A stretch of DNA of 64,000 nucleotides from contig JBHHUN010000001.1 in assembly GCA_046753765.1 (NCBI GenBank), forward strand, positions 12,141 to 76,140, read 5' to 3'. The notes under the pieces are model-generated. The model was not told the DNA's origin, searched no databases, and saw only the letters and a program-made list of their open reading frames with translations. How positions within the stretch are numbered: the first letter of the stretch is position 1; every line of letters begins with the position of its first letter. Positions 18,304 to 29,400 of this stretch are shown piece by piece. A program made the translations under genes and the position numbers. Origin of the DNA: Candidatus Dojkabacteria bacterium. Lineage in GTDB: Bacteria; Patescibacteriota; Dojkabacteria; B142; OLB20.

Positions 18304-21300
18304 TTGCACACTGTCTTTCGTATATCAAAATTGAAACGCTTTTGTAGTCAAGATTTTGTACACTGGCTGGAAACCAGTAAAGGGTTTGTATTTTTTCTTG
18401 TTTTCATCATTTCAGTATCCCCCTGGTTGTATCTTTTTGTTAATCCCCAATCTGTTTCCGCGGATGAATGGTTTAGTGACTCCTGGGCATACAGAAAGGC
18501 AATAGATATTTCTGGCAACGCATCTGATTTGACCGACATTCAGTTTCAGGTAACCGGGGTCGATACCCAGGCGCTGTTCAACAGTGGCAAAGTGCAAAGT
18601 TGGTGCGAGGATATCCGTTTCACTAACCGCAATGGTCAACTTCTCGACTACTGGATTGAAGATGACGGCACTGACTGTGACGCCGACACTAGTACAGATT
18701 TCTGGGTTAAGCTGGACAGGGCTGAATCAGAAGGGACAAGGATTTTTATGTACTACGGCAATCCACTTGCAAGAGCCTACCAGTCAGGAAGCAGAACTTT
18801 TGATTTCTTCTCAAGTTTTGACGAATGGTATGACGAGGACTGGAAATTCAGAATAAGGCTTACCATTGACCATACGAAAGTTGAAGAAACAGTAGAGGAC
18901 TTTCCTGTTTATGTTGACCTGTCTGATCTCCCCGCTTCGTTTTTTAGTAATGTCCAAAGCGATGGTAGTGACATAGTAGTCACGAGGGTCGAGGATGCAG
19001 CGAAGCTATCAAGAGAGGTTGTCGCGATTAATACCGGCGGAAGTACCGGTGAACTTTGGTTTAGCGCCCCAAAACTATATACGCAGACAGATACCAGTTT
19101 CTACATCTACTATGGTAACGCTTCTGCAACAGAAACAAACAATTCCGGTACTTGGAATTCAAACTATGATCTGGTTTTTCATATGAATGAAGATCCTTCT
19201 GTTAGTACAGATGGAGATTGTGGTGGGGGGACTGATGAGGTGTGCGACTCCACTGTCAATAATAATGATGCGGATTCAAATGGCGGTATGACCACTGGTG
19301 ATCTTGTGGGTGGGCAGTTAGGGAGTGGAATCGATTTCGATGGTGGGGACGATTATTTGTCGATGAATGATGAATCTTCATCTGCCTTCACATATTCAGC
19401 TTGGTATAAGACTATAAATGAAACTGGAACTAAAATGATCCTGCAGACCAGTAACGGTCATTTACGCCTGCAGAATAATAATCATTTATTTAGTAATTTC
19501 GATAGCAGGAATGGGACAGGAAGTACTCACGAGGCTGCGATTTTAGGAAATGCAACTCAAGATATCTGGCATCATATAGCTATGTCAGTCACGTCCGGAC
19601 ATGTTGTCCAGGTTGTTCATGACGGTACTTCAATCTATAATACAACTCCTCCAACAGGATCTTCAACCTCAAACTATGCAAATGGGAAGGTAGGTGTTCG
19701 ATACCGAACTGCCCCCTCGGCAAATTTCTACGATTATTTTGAAGGGGTTCTTGATGAAGTACGAGTTGTTAATACAAACTTAGGATCAAATTGGATAAGC
19801 ACAGAGTACAACAACCAGAGCAGCCCAGGTACTTTCTACGGAATCAGCTCACAAGAAAGGAATGTACCTGTCTTTAGTAGTCCTGACTCCTGGTACAACG
19901 AAGCGTGGGCCAAGAGAGTTAAAGTTACTGTAAATAACTCAAAAGTAGATGAGGACGTAACAGGATTTCCGGTGTATCTGGATCTATCTCTTCTGGGAAC
20001 GAGTTTCTGGAACAATGTTGATGCGCAGGGCGACGATATTGTGGTAACTTCCGGTGACGGTGCCACAAAACTAGCACGGGAATTGGTTACAATTGATACA
20101 TCCGGAAAGACAGGAGAGCTGTGGTTTAACTCTGACCTCTCGAGCACGGTTGATACGGATGTTTACATCTATTATGGAAACGCTTCCGCAACTGAAACCA
20201 ACGATACATCAACTTGGAACAGTAACTTCCAGACAGTACACCATCTCGAAGAAGACCCCGGCGGCGTAGCACCACAGATGTCAGATAGTACATCAAATGG
20301 TTACAATGGTACTGCTAATGGTGGGATGACTAATGCCGACCAGGTTGCCGGCAAGATTGGGAACGCTTCTGACTTAGATGGTAACGATTTCTTTGCTACC
20401 ACCTATCAACCATCGGGCCAGACGGAGGTAAGTTTTTCTGCGTGGGTAAATCTGAGCACGAGCGGTATTGTATTTATAAATGGTTTCAATAGTGTCACAG
20501 ACGCATTTTACTTCTACCTGAGGGACTCTGACAATCTCCTTGGATGGGGTGTTGAAGGCGCAAATTTACAGGACCTCACCCAGACGTATGCACAGAGCGA
20601 GTGGCTATATGTCGTAGGAACATTTCAAAGTGGAACCACAAGTGGGAAGAAGATCTATTTAAACGGACAATTAGTAACATCTGCAACACAGACGGCAACG
20701 ATTACAGCCGCAACTGATTATGATATTGGTCAAAGATTCTCCGGAAACACTCTGACAGGAATGATGGATGAGACGAGGGTTGTAAACGCTGTCTTAAGCG
20801 GGAACTGGATATCAACCGAATATAGCAATCAAAATTCCCCATCAACCTTTTTTACGATTGGAAGTTCGGAGAGCAACTCTGCACCCCAGGCCAGTTGGTA
20901 CAACGGTGACTGGCAGTACAGGCAAAGGATAAGTATCCGGAACAGCCAGGTAGATACAGACCTTACAGACTTTCCTGTATATGTGGATCTCTCAAATATG
21001 GGTAGTGACTTCTTCCGGGAAGTTAAAAGTGACGGAAGTGATATTGTTGTGACCAGCTCTGATGGGTTTACTAAGCTGTCAAGGGAACTGGTGGCTATAG
21101 ATACCAGTGGAAGCACAGGCGAGCTGTGGTTTAAGGCGCCAAACCTTTATGATGCGTCAAACACCAGTTTTTATATCTACTTCGGGAATTCTTCCGCCGC
21201 AGAGATAAACTCTACTTCAACCTGGAAGTCAGATTACAAAGGGATATGGCATTTAGAAGGCGTATTCACTGATTCCACAACGAATGCCAACAATGGGACT

Positions 21301-24300
21301 GATAGCGGATCGAATGCAGCCACGGGGAGATTTGGGAACGCCAGGAGTTTTCCTGATACAGCTGATTTGGTCACTTTGGGAACAAGTGGGTACAGTGCCA
21401 GCAACACATATACTGTTGCAACATGGTTGAAACCAACAATAGATATAGATGCTCACGCATGGGAGGGTGGGAGTGTACTTTCTGCTCCTTCGCTGGAGGG
21501 GACCAGTGATTCGCTTTCATACTATGTAAACGGTGTCACGTCGATTAGTACCGGGAGTTTGACGAGCGGGCAGTGGTATTACGTTGTAGCTGTTTACGAC
21601 AAGGCCGGCACAACGCAAGAACTGTATGTTGACGGTGTATCAAAGGGAACGAATTCACTTGATATCACGGATACGTTTGGTGGTAATTTCTACCTTGGCA
21701 ACAGAGGGCTTGCTGGTGGTGGTGGGACTACGCGAAACTATGGAGGAACAATTGACGAGGTCAGGGTTACTAATACAGTTGTTAGTGGCACATGGATCTC
21801 AACAGAATACAACAACCAAAGCAGTCCAGGTAATTTTTATGGTGTTGGTGGAATTGAAAGTAGCAGCAACTGGAACAGCTTTGGAGGGCCTGATGTTTCT
21901 GGAGGCACAGCAACGCTCTCCTCTGTAGGGGATACAGAGGGTCTTGTCACAAGCACCCAGTTTTTAGAAAACTCTAAACTGATAGTCAGGGCTACCCAGA
22001 GCTCAACCAGTCTCAACACTGCAAGGTTGGGTTTCTCAAACAGTGGAATCAGCAGTACGTTCACAAATGATGATTCTGCAAGTTACCTGTTTGATTCGAG
22101 TACAGGAGCAAATTTCGAAATCTCCAATAGCAATGACGGCACTGCAACTGACGGCGCAGGCACCACAGTTGAGGATACTGTCACTCACGATCTGGAGGTC
22201 GGGTGGAGAAATGCAGCAGTAGATTTCAGGCTTGATAACGGAGCAGAGGGTACTGTCTCCACTAACCCACCCAATGAAAATATGAACGTAAGACTTGAGG
22301 TAGATACGACAGATGAGAGTGTAAGCATTGAATGGGTGGCCGTGGGCAACTATGACAGTAATCCGCCTAACAGTCAAGTGATAAACAGCGAAGAGGTTGG
22401 AGGTGGAGAGCTTGTCTACCTTCCGATGGACGAAAGCAGTGGTCAGAACGTAAACAATCTTGGAAGTCAGGCGGACATTATTGGTTTACTGGGAACAAAT
22501 GCTTTGTCTGAAAGCTCAGACCCATCCAGGGTAGATGAGTGTGCGAAAGGGAACTGTCTGGATTTTGATGGAACAGACGACGTTGTAACTGTCGCGGACG
22601 ATGACAGGATAGATTTTGATACAACAGATGACTTTACCATCACGACTTGGGTAAAGATAGAAGCTGCCACAAGTGAAAAAGTAATCTTTTCAAAACGGGT
22701 TCATACGGGTGCTACACCCGAAGAGGGGTACTTTGCCAGATTGAGAGCCACAGGTGAGGTTGAGTTCGGTATTGAACAGGCGAGCAATACCACAACTGAG
22801 GTTGGTGGTGTCGGAACTACGATTATTGACGATGACAGATGGCATCAAGTCGCATTCGTAAGAGATGTCACAGCTGACATGGTCAGGTATTATCTTGATG
22901 GGGTTCTTGAAGAAGAGCTTACAGATACCACAACTGCAACGCTAGCAAACACAGAGGATTTGCTGCTAGGCAAAAGGTCAGGAACAAATCCGGATTACAT
23001 GAATGGGCAGATAGATGAATTCAGGATATTCAGGAAAGCACTTACTGCAGCAGAAATACTTGGTCAGTTTAATGAGAGTGGTTCTGTTCTGGGGACTGAT
23101 ACTAATAATCTACGGGATGGATTAGTAGGTTGGTGGAAATTGGATGAGGAAAGCTGGAACGGAACAAGTAATGAGGTTGTAGATTACAGTGGGCTGGACC
23201 ATCACGGTAATCGCAATGGGAACGCAACAACAACTGGTGGACACTTTGGGAATGCAGGAACGTTTGATGGTAATGGCGACTATGCAGGGTTTGCAGATAC
23301 AGTAGATCACGAGCCGGCTTCAACAGTTACGGTTTCTGCATGGGTATACCCAAACAATGTAGCAACTTGGCATCAAGTAGTAGTGAAGAGGTACTCCGAA
23401 GCCAGTAATCCATGGGACTCATATATGCTTGCCTCAACTGGTGTTGGAGCAAGTAATAAGTGGAGGTTTTGTGTGTCTAACGGGACTTCTGGCAGCTCAG
23501 TATGTGCGGATGATACTGAAGTAATCACTGCAAACACATGGGTCCATCTTGTAGGAAGATACGATGGAAGTGATGTAAAGCTGTTTGTTGATGGTGTGGA
23601 AAAGTCATCTGTGAGCAAGACAGGAAACATCGGATACTCTTCAATTGGGTTACGAATTGGGATCTCAACTCCAACACAACCGACCCAGTGTATGAATGGA
23701 AAGATTGATGAAGTGCGTCTGTATAACCGTGCTTTATCATTAACAGAAATTGAAACGCTCTACGAATACAGGGCCCCTTCAGTAGCACACTGGAAATTTG
23801 ACGAGACCTCTGGGACGACAGCGTATGATTCAAGCATCAACGGATACAATGGAACCCTCACCAATATGGCCGAGGCTGATCATATTGATGGGAAGGTCGG
23901 GGGAGCCCTTGATTTTGATGGAATTGATGGCTATGTCACTGCTGGAGATAATCTTGTAGGCCTAACATTTCCTGTAACTGTCAGTTTCTGGATCAATCCG
24001 GATGCCACAGAGGGCGCCAATATTTTCTCGACAGATTCGTGGAATGTCGCAGCAAACTATGCTGGGATTGCTATAGTTCTGTCTGCGACTAATCAGGTCA
24101 ATCTTATGTATGGTGATGGTACCGGTTCTGGGTCGGCAGACAGAAGATCAGGTACAACAACGGCAACTCTATCAACCGGAACTTGGCATCACGTTACGGG
24201 GATAATCAGGGGAGCGACCGATATGGAAGTGTTCATCAATGGAGTATCTTCTGCACTGACATATTCTGGAACGGGAGGATCGATGGTGCAGACAAGTGAT

Positions 24301-26457
24301 CCCATTCTCATTTCTACAACGGTGCTTCCACTTGACGGTCAGTTAGATGATATAAGGGTCTACGACTACGAACGTACTCCTGCAGAGATTGGATCGGAGT
24401 ACGCACAGGGAGCGAGGGCTGCAGTTCCACAGAACGAGTTAGTTGGTCACTGGAAGATGGATGAGTCAAGTTGGAATGGCACAGCTGATGAGGTCATAGA
24501 TTCCAGTGGACTCGGAAATCATGGGACATCTTCAAACGGAGCCACGACAACAGTTGGAAAGATCAGTAGGGCGGGTATCTTTGATGGGAGCAATGATTCG
24601 GTCACAGTGGCCGATGTGAATGAACTGGACATGGGGACAAATGATTTCTCGATCACAGCCTGGGTAAAAACAGATAATGCAGGGGCGGATATGCGTGTTA
24701 TCTTTGGGGATGGCAATATGCAAGGTGGTGGAGACAATTCCTACGCTGTTTTATTACATGATAATAAGCCTGCTTTTGAACTTTACGACAACACGACTTA
24801 TTTAAGCAGAACTACTACTGCAAGTAGCACAACCGTAAACGATGGGAAGTGGCATCATTTAGCTTTTGTTTTTGACCGGAGCGGATCCGGGTCTATCTAT
24901 ATCGATGGCGTTTTTGATAAAGCCACGAGCATATCTTCAATTGGAAGTTTGGACAACACAAGAGGAGGGGCGATTGGAAATCAACCTACCAGAGCGTTTT
25001 ATTATGCTGGGCAGATCGACGAACTGAGGGTTATCCGCAGAGTCTTAAGTGATGAAGAGGTCTATAGCTTGTATGACTCTTTTTACGATGTAACAGTCTC
25101 CGAACGAAAACAAGCGGGAGAGGAAGTGCTCTATCTGCCTCTAAACGAAAAGTCGGGCTTGACGGCGGAAGACATCAGTGGTAATGGCTACAACGGAACA
25201 CTTAACAACACAGAAGACAGTGACCATCGTTTTGGGAAAATTGACTATTCAGTAGATTTGGACGGATCAAATGAGTACATAAGTGTCTCAGATAATAATG
25301 ATTTCTCTCCCTCAGTGACCGGAGCTGTGACAATGAGTGCCTGGATTAGGCCGGATACAATTGTCGCAGGAAACACATACATACTTACAAAAGGAGACAC
25401 ATCAAACTACGAGTATGCAATATGGCTTGGTACCGGTGGAGAGGTTGGTTGCACAGCATGGACACTCGCAGGCTTAAATCACCTTGCTGTCTCAGGCTCA
25501 ACATCAACCAGTGCAAACGAGTGGCATCATGTTGCCTGTGTCATTGAGCACAATTCGGAGATGAATATATATTTGGATGGCGCATCGGAAGGAACAGATA
25601 GTACACCTTCATCTACGATGGGTAACGGTACTGCTGATGTTCAGATTGGGAAGAGAGGAGATGATGTGGGGAATGAATTTGACGGCAGGGTAGATGAAGT
25701 AAAAATCTGGGATTTTGCCCTGAGTACCCGACAGATAGCAATGGAGTACAACGGCGGAAAACCTGTTAGTCACTGGCGGATGGATAGGCGAGAAGGAAAT
25801 ATGGCATATGACTACTCTGAAAATGGAAACCATACTCAATTGATTAATATGGCTCCAGCTTCCGACTGGCTTTCGGGGACAAGTTGCAGGATGAATGGGT
25901 GCTTAGACTTTGATGGTATTAACGACAGGCTTTGGGTAGCAGACGATGATCTCTTTGATGCGTCGCTAAACGATAGAAGTTATTCAGCATGGGTGAAGAT
26001 GCCATCTGATATCAGCGCCGGGATCGGTACTATCAGAGCGATTGTCTCAAAAGTGGCTCCATCTCTGCAGGAGCCACGATTTGACGTTGACGTTCTCAAA
26101 TCTTCTGGCTTCGTTGTGTTTGAAATTGAGTCCTCAACAAACGGAGATCTTACAAATATCACTGGAACAACCGACCTTAGGGACAACCAATGGCATCATA
26201 TCGTAGCGGTCAGAGATCGCAAGAATGATGAACTGAGGCTTTACGTTGACGGTGCGCAGGATGCGTCTCCTGTGACCGATGGAGACCAGGATGCATCAAA
26301 TAGTGGAGCTCTTTACATAGGTGATTGGGCCCCCGATCTTAGTAACGGAAGGAACTTTCTGGGACAGTTGGATGAAGTGAAGGTTTTTAATTACGCATTG
26401 ACTGATGCCGATGTACTTCTAGATTATAACCTGGGGTCAGCAATCAGATATGAGTAA
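18304..26457 (+). CDS. Giant membrane-anchored surface protein (2717 aa): 4 DUF2341-like repeats plus about 10 LamG/ConA-like lectin domains
   Basis: Single ORF of 8.15 kb. A non-ATG start is needed: TTG at 18304, and the first in-frame ATG lies after the TM helix. TM anchor FVFFLVFIISVSPWLYLF. DUF2341-like repeats have the pattern W.YR..I.I...DFPV.VDL...GsDI.V....LSRELV.IDT.G.TGELWF...YIYYGN. LamG_3-like units repeat (LVGWWKLDE...DSSGngnnGT...DFDG.DDYV...SAWV...WHHVA...LYVDGV...IDEVR.YNRALS..EI). The stop overlaps the start of the next gene (ATGAGTAA). Confidence 0.75.
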   Translation: MHTVFRISKLKRFCSQDFVHWLETSKGFVFFLVFIISVSPWLYLFVNPQSVSADEWFSDSWAYRKAIDISGNASDLTDIQFQVTGVDTQALFNSGKVQSWCEDIRFTNRNGQLLDYWIEDDGTDCDADTSTDFWVKLDRAESEGTRIFMYYGNPLARAYQSGSRTFDFFSSFDEWYDEDWKFRIRLTIDHTKVEETVEDFPVYVDLSDLPASFFSNVQSDGSDIVVTRVEDAAKLSREVVAINTGGSTGELWFSAPKLYTQTDTSFYIYYGNASATETNNSGTWNSNYDLVFHMNEDPSVSTDGDCGGGTDEVCDSTVNNNDADSNGGMTTGDLVGGQLGSGIDFDGGDDYLSMNDESSSAFTYSAWYKTINETGTKMILQTSNGHLRLQNNNHLFSNFDSRNGTGSTHEAAILGNATQDIWHHIAMSVTSGHVVQVVHDGTSIYNTTPPTGSSTSNYANGKVGVRYRTAPSANFYDYFEGVLDEVRVVNTNLGSNWISTEYNNQSSPGTFYGISSQERNVPVFSSPDSWYNEAWAKRVKVTVNNSKVDEDVTGFPVYLDLSLLGTSFWNNVDAQGDDIVVTSGDGATKLARELVTIDTSGKTGELWFNSDLSSTVDTDVYIYYGNASATETNDTSTWNSNFQTVHHLEEDPGGVAPQMSDSTSNGYNGTANGGMTNADQVAGKIGNASDLDGNDFFATTYQPSGQTEVSFSAWVNLSTSGIVFINGFNSVTDAFYFYLRDSDNLLGWGVEGANLQDLTQTYAQSEWLYVVGTFQSGTTSGKKIYLNGQLVTSATQTATITAATDYDIGQRFSGNTLTGMMDETRVVNAVLSGNWISTEYSNQNSPSTFFTIGSSESNSAPQASWYNGDWQYRQRISIRNSQVDTDLTDFPVYVDLSNMGSDFFREVKSDGSDIVVTSSDGFTKLSRELVAIDTSGSTGELWFKAPNLYDASNTSFYIYFGNSSAAEINSTSTWKSDYKGIWHLEGVFTDSTTNANNGTDSGSNAATGRFGNARSFPDTADLVTLGTSGYSASNTYTVATWLKPTIDIDAHAWEGGSVLSAPSLEGTSDSLSYYVNGVTSISTGSLTSGQWYYVVAVYDKAGTTQELYVDGVSKGTNSLDITDTFGGNFYLGNRGLAGGGGTTRNYGGTIDEVRVTNTVVSGTWISTEYNNQSSPGNFYGVGGIESSSNWNSFGGPDVSGGTATLSSVGDTEGLVTSTQFLENSKLIVRATQSSTSLNTARLGFSNSGISSTFTNDDSASYLFDSSTGANFEISNSNDGTATDGAGTTVEDTVTHDLEVGWRNAAVDFRLDNGAEGTVSTNPPNENMNVRLEVDTTDESVSIEWVAVGNYDSNPPNSQVINSEEVGGGELVYLPMDESSGQNVNNLGSQADIIGLLGTNALSESSDPSRVDECAKGNCLDFDGTDDVVTVADDDRIDFDTTDDFTITTWVKIEAATSEKVIFSKRVHTGATPEEGYFARLRATGEVEFGIEQASNTTTEVGGVGTTIIDDDRWHQVAFVRDVTADMVRYYLDGVLEEELTDTTTATLANTEDLLLGKRSGTNPDYMNGQIDEFRIFRKALTAAEILGQFNESGSVLGTDTNNLRDGLVGWWKLDEESWNGTSNEVVDYSGLDHHGNRNGNATTTGGHFGNAGTFDGNGDYAGFADTVDHEPASTVTVSAWVYPNNVATWHQVVVKRYSEASNPWDSYMLASTGVGASNKWRFCVSNGTSGSSVCADDTEVITANTWVHLVGRYDGSDVKLFVDGVEKSSVSKTGNIGYSSIGLRIGISTPTQPTQCMNGKIDEVRLYNRALSLTEIETLYEYRAPSVAHWKFDETSGTTAYDSSINGYNGTLTNMAEADHIDGKVGGALDFDGIDGYVTAGDNLVGLTFPVTVSFWINPDATEGANIFSTDSWNVAANYAGIAIVLSATNQVNLMYGDGTGSGSADRRSGTTTATLSTGTWHHVTGIIRGATDMEVFINGVSSALTYSGTGGSMVQTSDPILISTTVLPLDGQLDDIRVYDYERTPAEIGSEYAQGARAAVPQNELVGHWKMDESSWNGTADEVIDSSGLGNHGTSSNGATTTVGKISRAGIFDGSNDSVTVADVNELDMGTNDFSITAWVKTDNAGADMRVIFGDGNMQGGGDNSYAVLLHDNKPAFELYDNTTYLSRTTTASSTTVNDGKWHHLAFVFDRSGSGSIYIDGVFDKATSISSIGSLDNTRGGAIGNQPTRAFYYAGQIDELRVIRRVLSDEEVYSLYDSFYDVTVSERKQAGEEVLYLPLNEKSGLTAEDISGNGYNGTLNNTEDSDHRFGKIDYSVDLDGSNEYISVSDNNDFSPSVTGAVTMSAWIRPDTIVAGNTYILTKGDTSNYEYAIWLGTGGEVGCTAWTLAGLNHLAVSGSTSTSANEWHHVACVIEHNSEMNIYLDGASEGTDSTPSSTMGNGTADVQIGKRGDDVGNEFDGRVDEVKIWDFALSTRQIAMEYNGGKPVSHWRMDRREGNMAYDYSENGNHTQLINMAPASDWLSGTSCRMNGCLDFDGINDRLWVADDDLFDASLNDRSYSAWVKMPSDISAGIGTIRAIVSKVAPSLQEPRFDVDVLKSSGFVVFEIESSTNGDLTNITGTTDLRDNQWHHIVAVRDRKNDELRLYVDGAQDASPVTDGDQDASNSGALYIGDWAPDLSNGRNFLGQLDEVKVFNYALTDADVLLDYNLGSAIRYE

Positions 26458-29400
26458 GGCAAGGTCAAAACTTAGAACGTATCCTCTCAGGCATTGGCGC
26501 TGGCTTTGGAGCACAAAGGTTCCCGTGATATTCCTCGTACTGATGTTCCTGATTGGTGCTGTATTTGGACATCTCATCACACCCCGTAAAGCAAAAGCAG
26601 AATGGTACAACGATCTCTGGGCGTACAGAAAACAGATCGATATCTCAGGTAACGCGAGCGACCTAACTGACATTCAGTTCCAGGTAACCGGAATAGACAC
26701 TAGTGCTCTGTACTCGGTCGGTAAACTCCAGGTAGATTGTCAAGATATTAGATTTACTGATGTTCAAGGGAATCTTTTGCCTTACTGGGTCGAGGATGAT
26801 GGGATTGACTGCAGTGACGATACGACAACAGATTTTTGGGTGAGACTTCAGAGAGCTGAATCAGAAGGCACAACCATCTTCATGTACTATGGGAATCCCG
26901 ATGCTGGAGCGGGAGGGTCTGGAGATAAGACATTCGAGTTTTTCGATGACTTTTCTGAATCGATCGTAGACTGGTACAGTTCGCTGTGGTCATTCAGAAT
27001 CAGGCTGAGCGTTCAGAAATCAAAGGTTGATGCGGCACTCACTGATTTCCCGGTTTTTGTTGACCTCTCGGATTTACCAGGTCACTTCTTCAGTAATGCA
27101 GATAGTGGCGGTAATGATCTTGTTGTCACATCCTCAGACGGAACGAAACTGGATAGAGAGTTGGTGAGTATTGATACCACAGCTAGAACTGGTGAGCTGT
27201 GGTTCAGGGGGGATCTCAATGCTACTACGGATACAGACTTTTTCATCTACTATGGCAATGGGTCAGCATCTGAGACAAATGCGACTGGGACGTGGACTTC
27301 AGCCTATGCAGTTGTTCAACATCTGAATGAGGATCCGTCGGGAGGTGCTCCTCAGATGCAGGATAGTACCTCTAATAACAATGACGGGACTTCCAATGGA
27401 ACCATGGCCACTAGTGACCTGGTCAATGCAGTAGTGGGAGACGGTCTTCAGTTTGATGGTTCCAATGATTACATCTCCTTAAGCGGAGTAAATGCTACGA
27501 ACAAACTGACAGTTTCAGGATGGTTCTATCTTGAGGAATACGGCGGAGCATGTGATGGTGGGATTACAAGGGCTAATGCGTCAAATCCATACGGAGGCTT
27601 CCTACTTTCTCCTTGTTCGAACGGTACGCCAGCCATATTTAATTTTGCTGTCGCTAACTCAACAACCTGGCAGGAGGTACTAAGCAGTACAGATAAGCTC
27701 ACCGGAAGATGGTATTATGTCGTGGGAGTTTACGATGCATCGGTCAGTAGTATGAAGATATACTTCGATGGGGTCCAAGATAACTCTGCAAGTGCAACCG
27801 GGAATGTGAGAGACAACAGTGAAGCATTGCGTATAGGTCTGAATCAAACTAGTTACATGAAAGGGACTATTGATGAGGTCAGAGTTACCAGCGATGCAAA
27901 ATCGGCCAATTGGATCGCTGCGGAATACAGTAATCAAATTGACCCAGGTAACTTTTATCATCTGGGAGAACCTGAGACTGAAACATCGAGAGTCCTGCGC
28001 CCACGTCAGTGGACGGATACAGGTTCACCTGCATATACCTCAGGTGCCGTTAGCTTTTCATATGCACTAGGACAGGAAGGGATCCTCTCGACTTCACAAT
28101 TTAGCTCTGATTCGAAACTAGTTTTCAGGAGTACTGAGTCAGCAACAAGTCTGGATGATGGAAGAGTAGGTTTATCTAATACAGCACTTACGACTTCGTA
28201 TAATACTGATGATGCGGCAAGCTATCTGTTTGATTCATCCACAGGGGCAAACTTTGAACGGGAAGCGGTCAATGAGGGTATAGCAACTAGTTCTGCTGGC
28301 TCTACAATTGAGGATACATCCGCGCACGACTTTGAGATCGGTTGGACAGCAACAACGGTGGATTACAGGATTGACAATGCGACGGATGGATCGATAGTCA
28401 CTAACCTTCCTGATGAAAGCATGAATATCAGGATAGAGGTTAATAATACCAGTGAGAGCTTATCTGTAGACTGGGTGGCTGTTGCAAGCTATAACTCAGA
28501 TCCACCTGATACGCAAAATGTCGGGACCGAAGAAATCGGACCGGGACCGTTAGTTTATCTGAAGCTTGATGAAGGGCAGGGGCAGACAGCTAGTAATTCT
28601 GGCAGCGGTGGATCACAGCTTGACGGATATCTTGGTGTAGATAGTTTCGGCACAAGCAACGATCCATCCTGGACAGATGAGTGTATTTCTGGCGGCTGCC
28701 TGAAATTTGATGGCGTGGACGATGCATTTGAAATCCCAGACAATGACCTGATCGATTTCGGTACGGACGATTTTAGCGTCTCAATGTGGATGAACTTCGG
28801 TGATCAAGCCGGAGGTACGCACAACTACTCAATTGCGTTTATGAAGTCTGACAAGACAAGTTCTCCTTATGCAGGTATGACTGCTTTTGTGGACACACCA
28901 TATAGTTCGCCAAATGGAGGTGTTCAATTCAGGCTCGATAGCAACAATGAGGCAGAATCTACAACAACAGGAATGGATGATAGTCGTTGGCGGCACTATG
29001 TGTTTGTAAGGAGTGGGACAACTTTGGAGATATACATTGACGGGATTCTGAATAAATCACAATCTGTGTCAAGTATTGATATTTCAGACACTGCAAATCT
29101 ACGGTTTGGTGCGAATCAGCCGGTCGTTACAGATCAGAATTTTCAGGGCATGATGGATGAAATCAAAGTGTATGACTATGCCATCGATCAAGAGAAAGTG
29201 CTTGCGGAGTTAAACACTTATGCAGATGTTCTCGGGACTGACACCAATGGGCTTCGTGATGGCCTGGTTGGCTGGTGGAAGATGGATGAAGTCAGTGCGA
29301 ATACATGTTCAGGGGGTAATAATGACTCGTGTGATTCTTCTGGAAGTGGTAATGATGCAGCTTGGGCAAATAATGTTGCTGCAACTGCAGGTATTCTGGG

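Noticed and set aside
18348-18539. Antisense ORFs 18348-18539 (-) and 26437-26673 (-) encode homologous peptides (MSVKSDALPEISIAFLYAQESL... / MSVRSLALPEISICFLYAQRSL...).
   Set aside because: Both lie antisense to the conserved N-terminal modules of giant genes 1 and 2. Their similarity is a by-product of the sense-strand duplication. They have no independent start or SD context and sit inside strongly supported CDSs.
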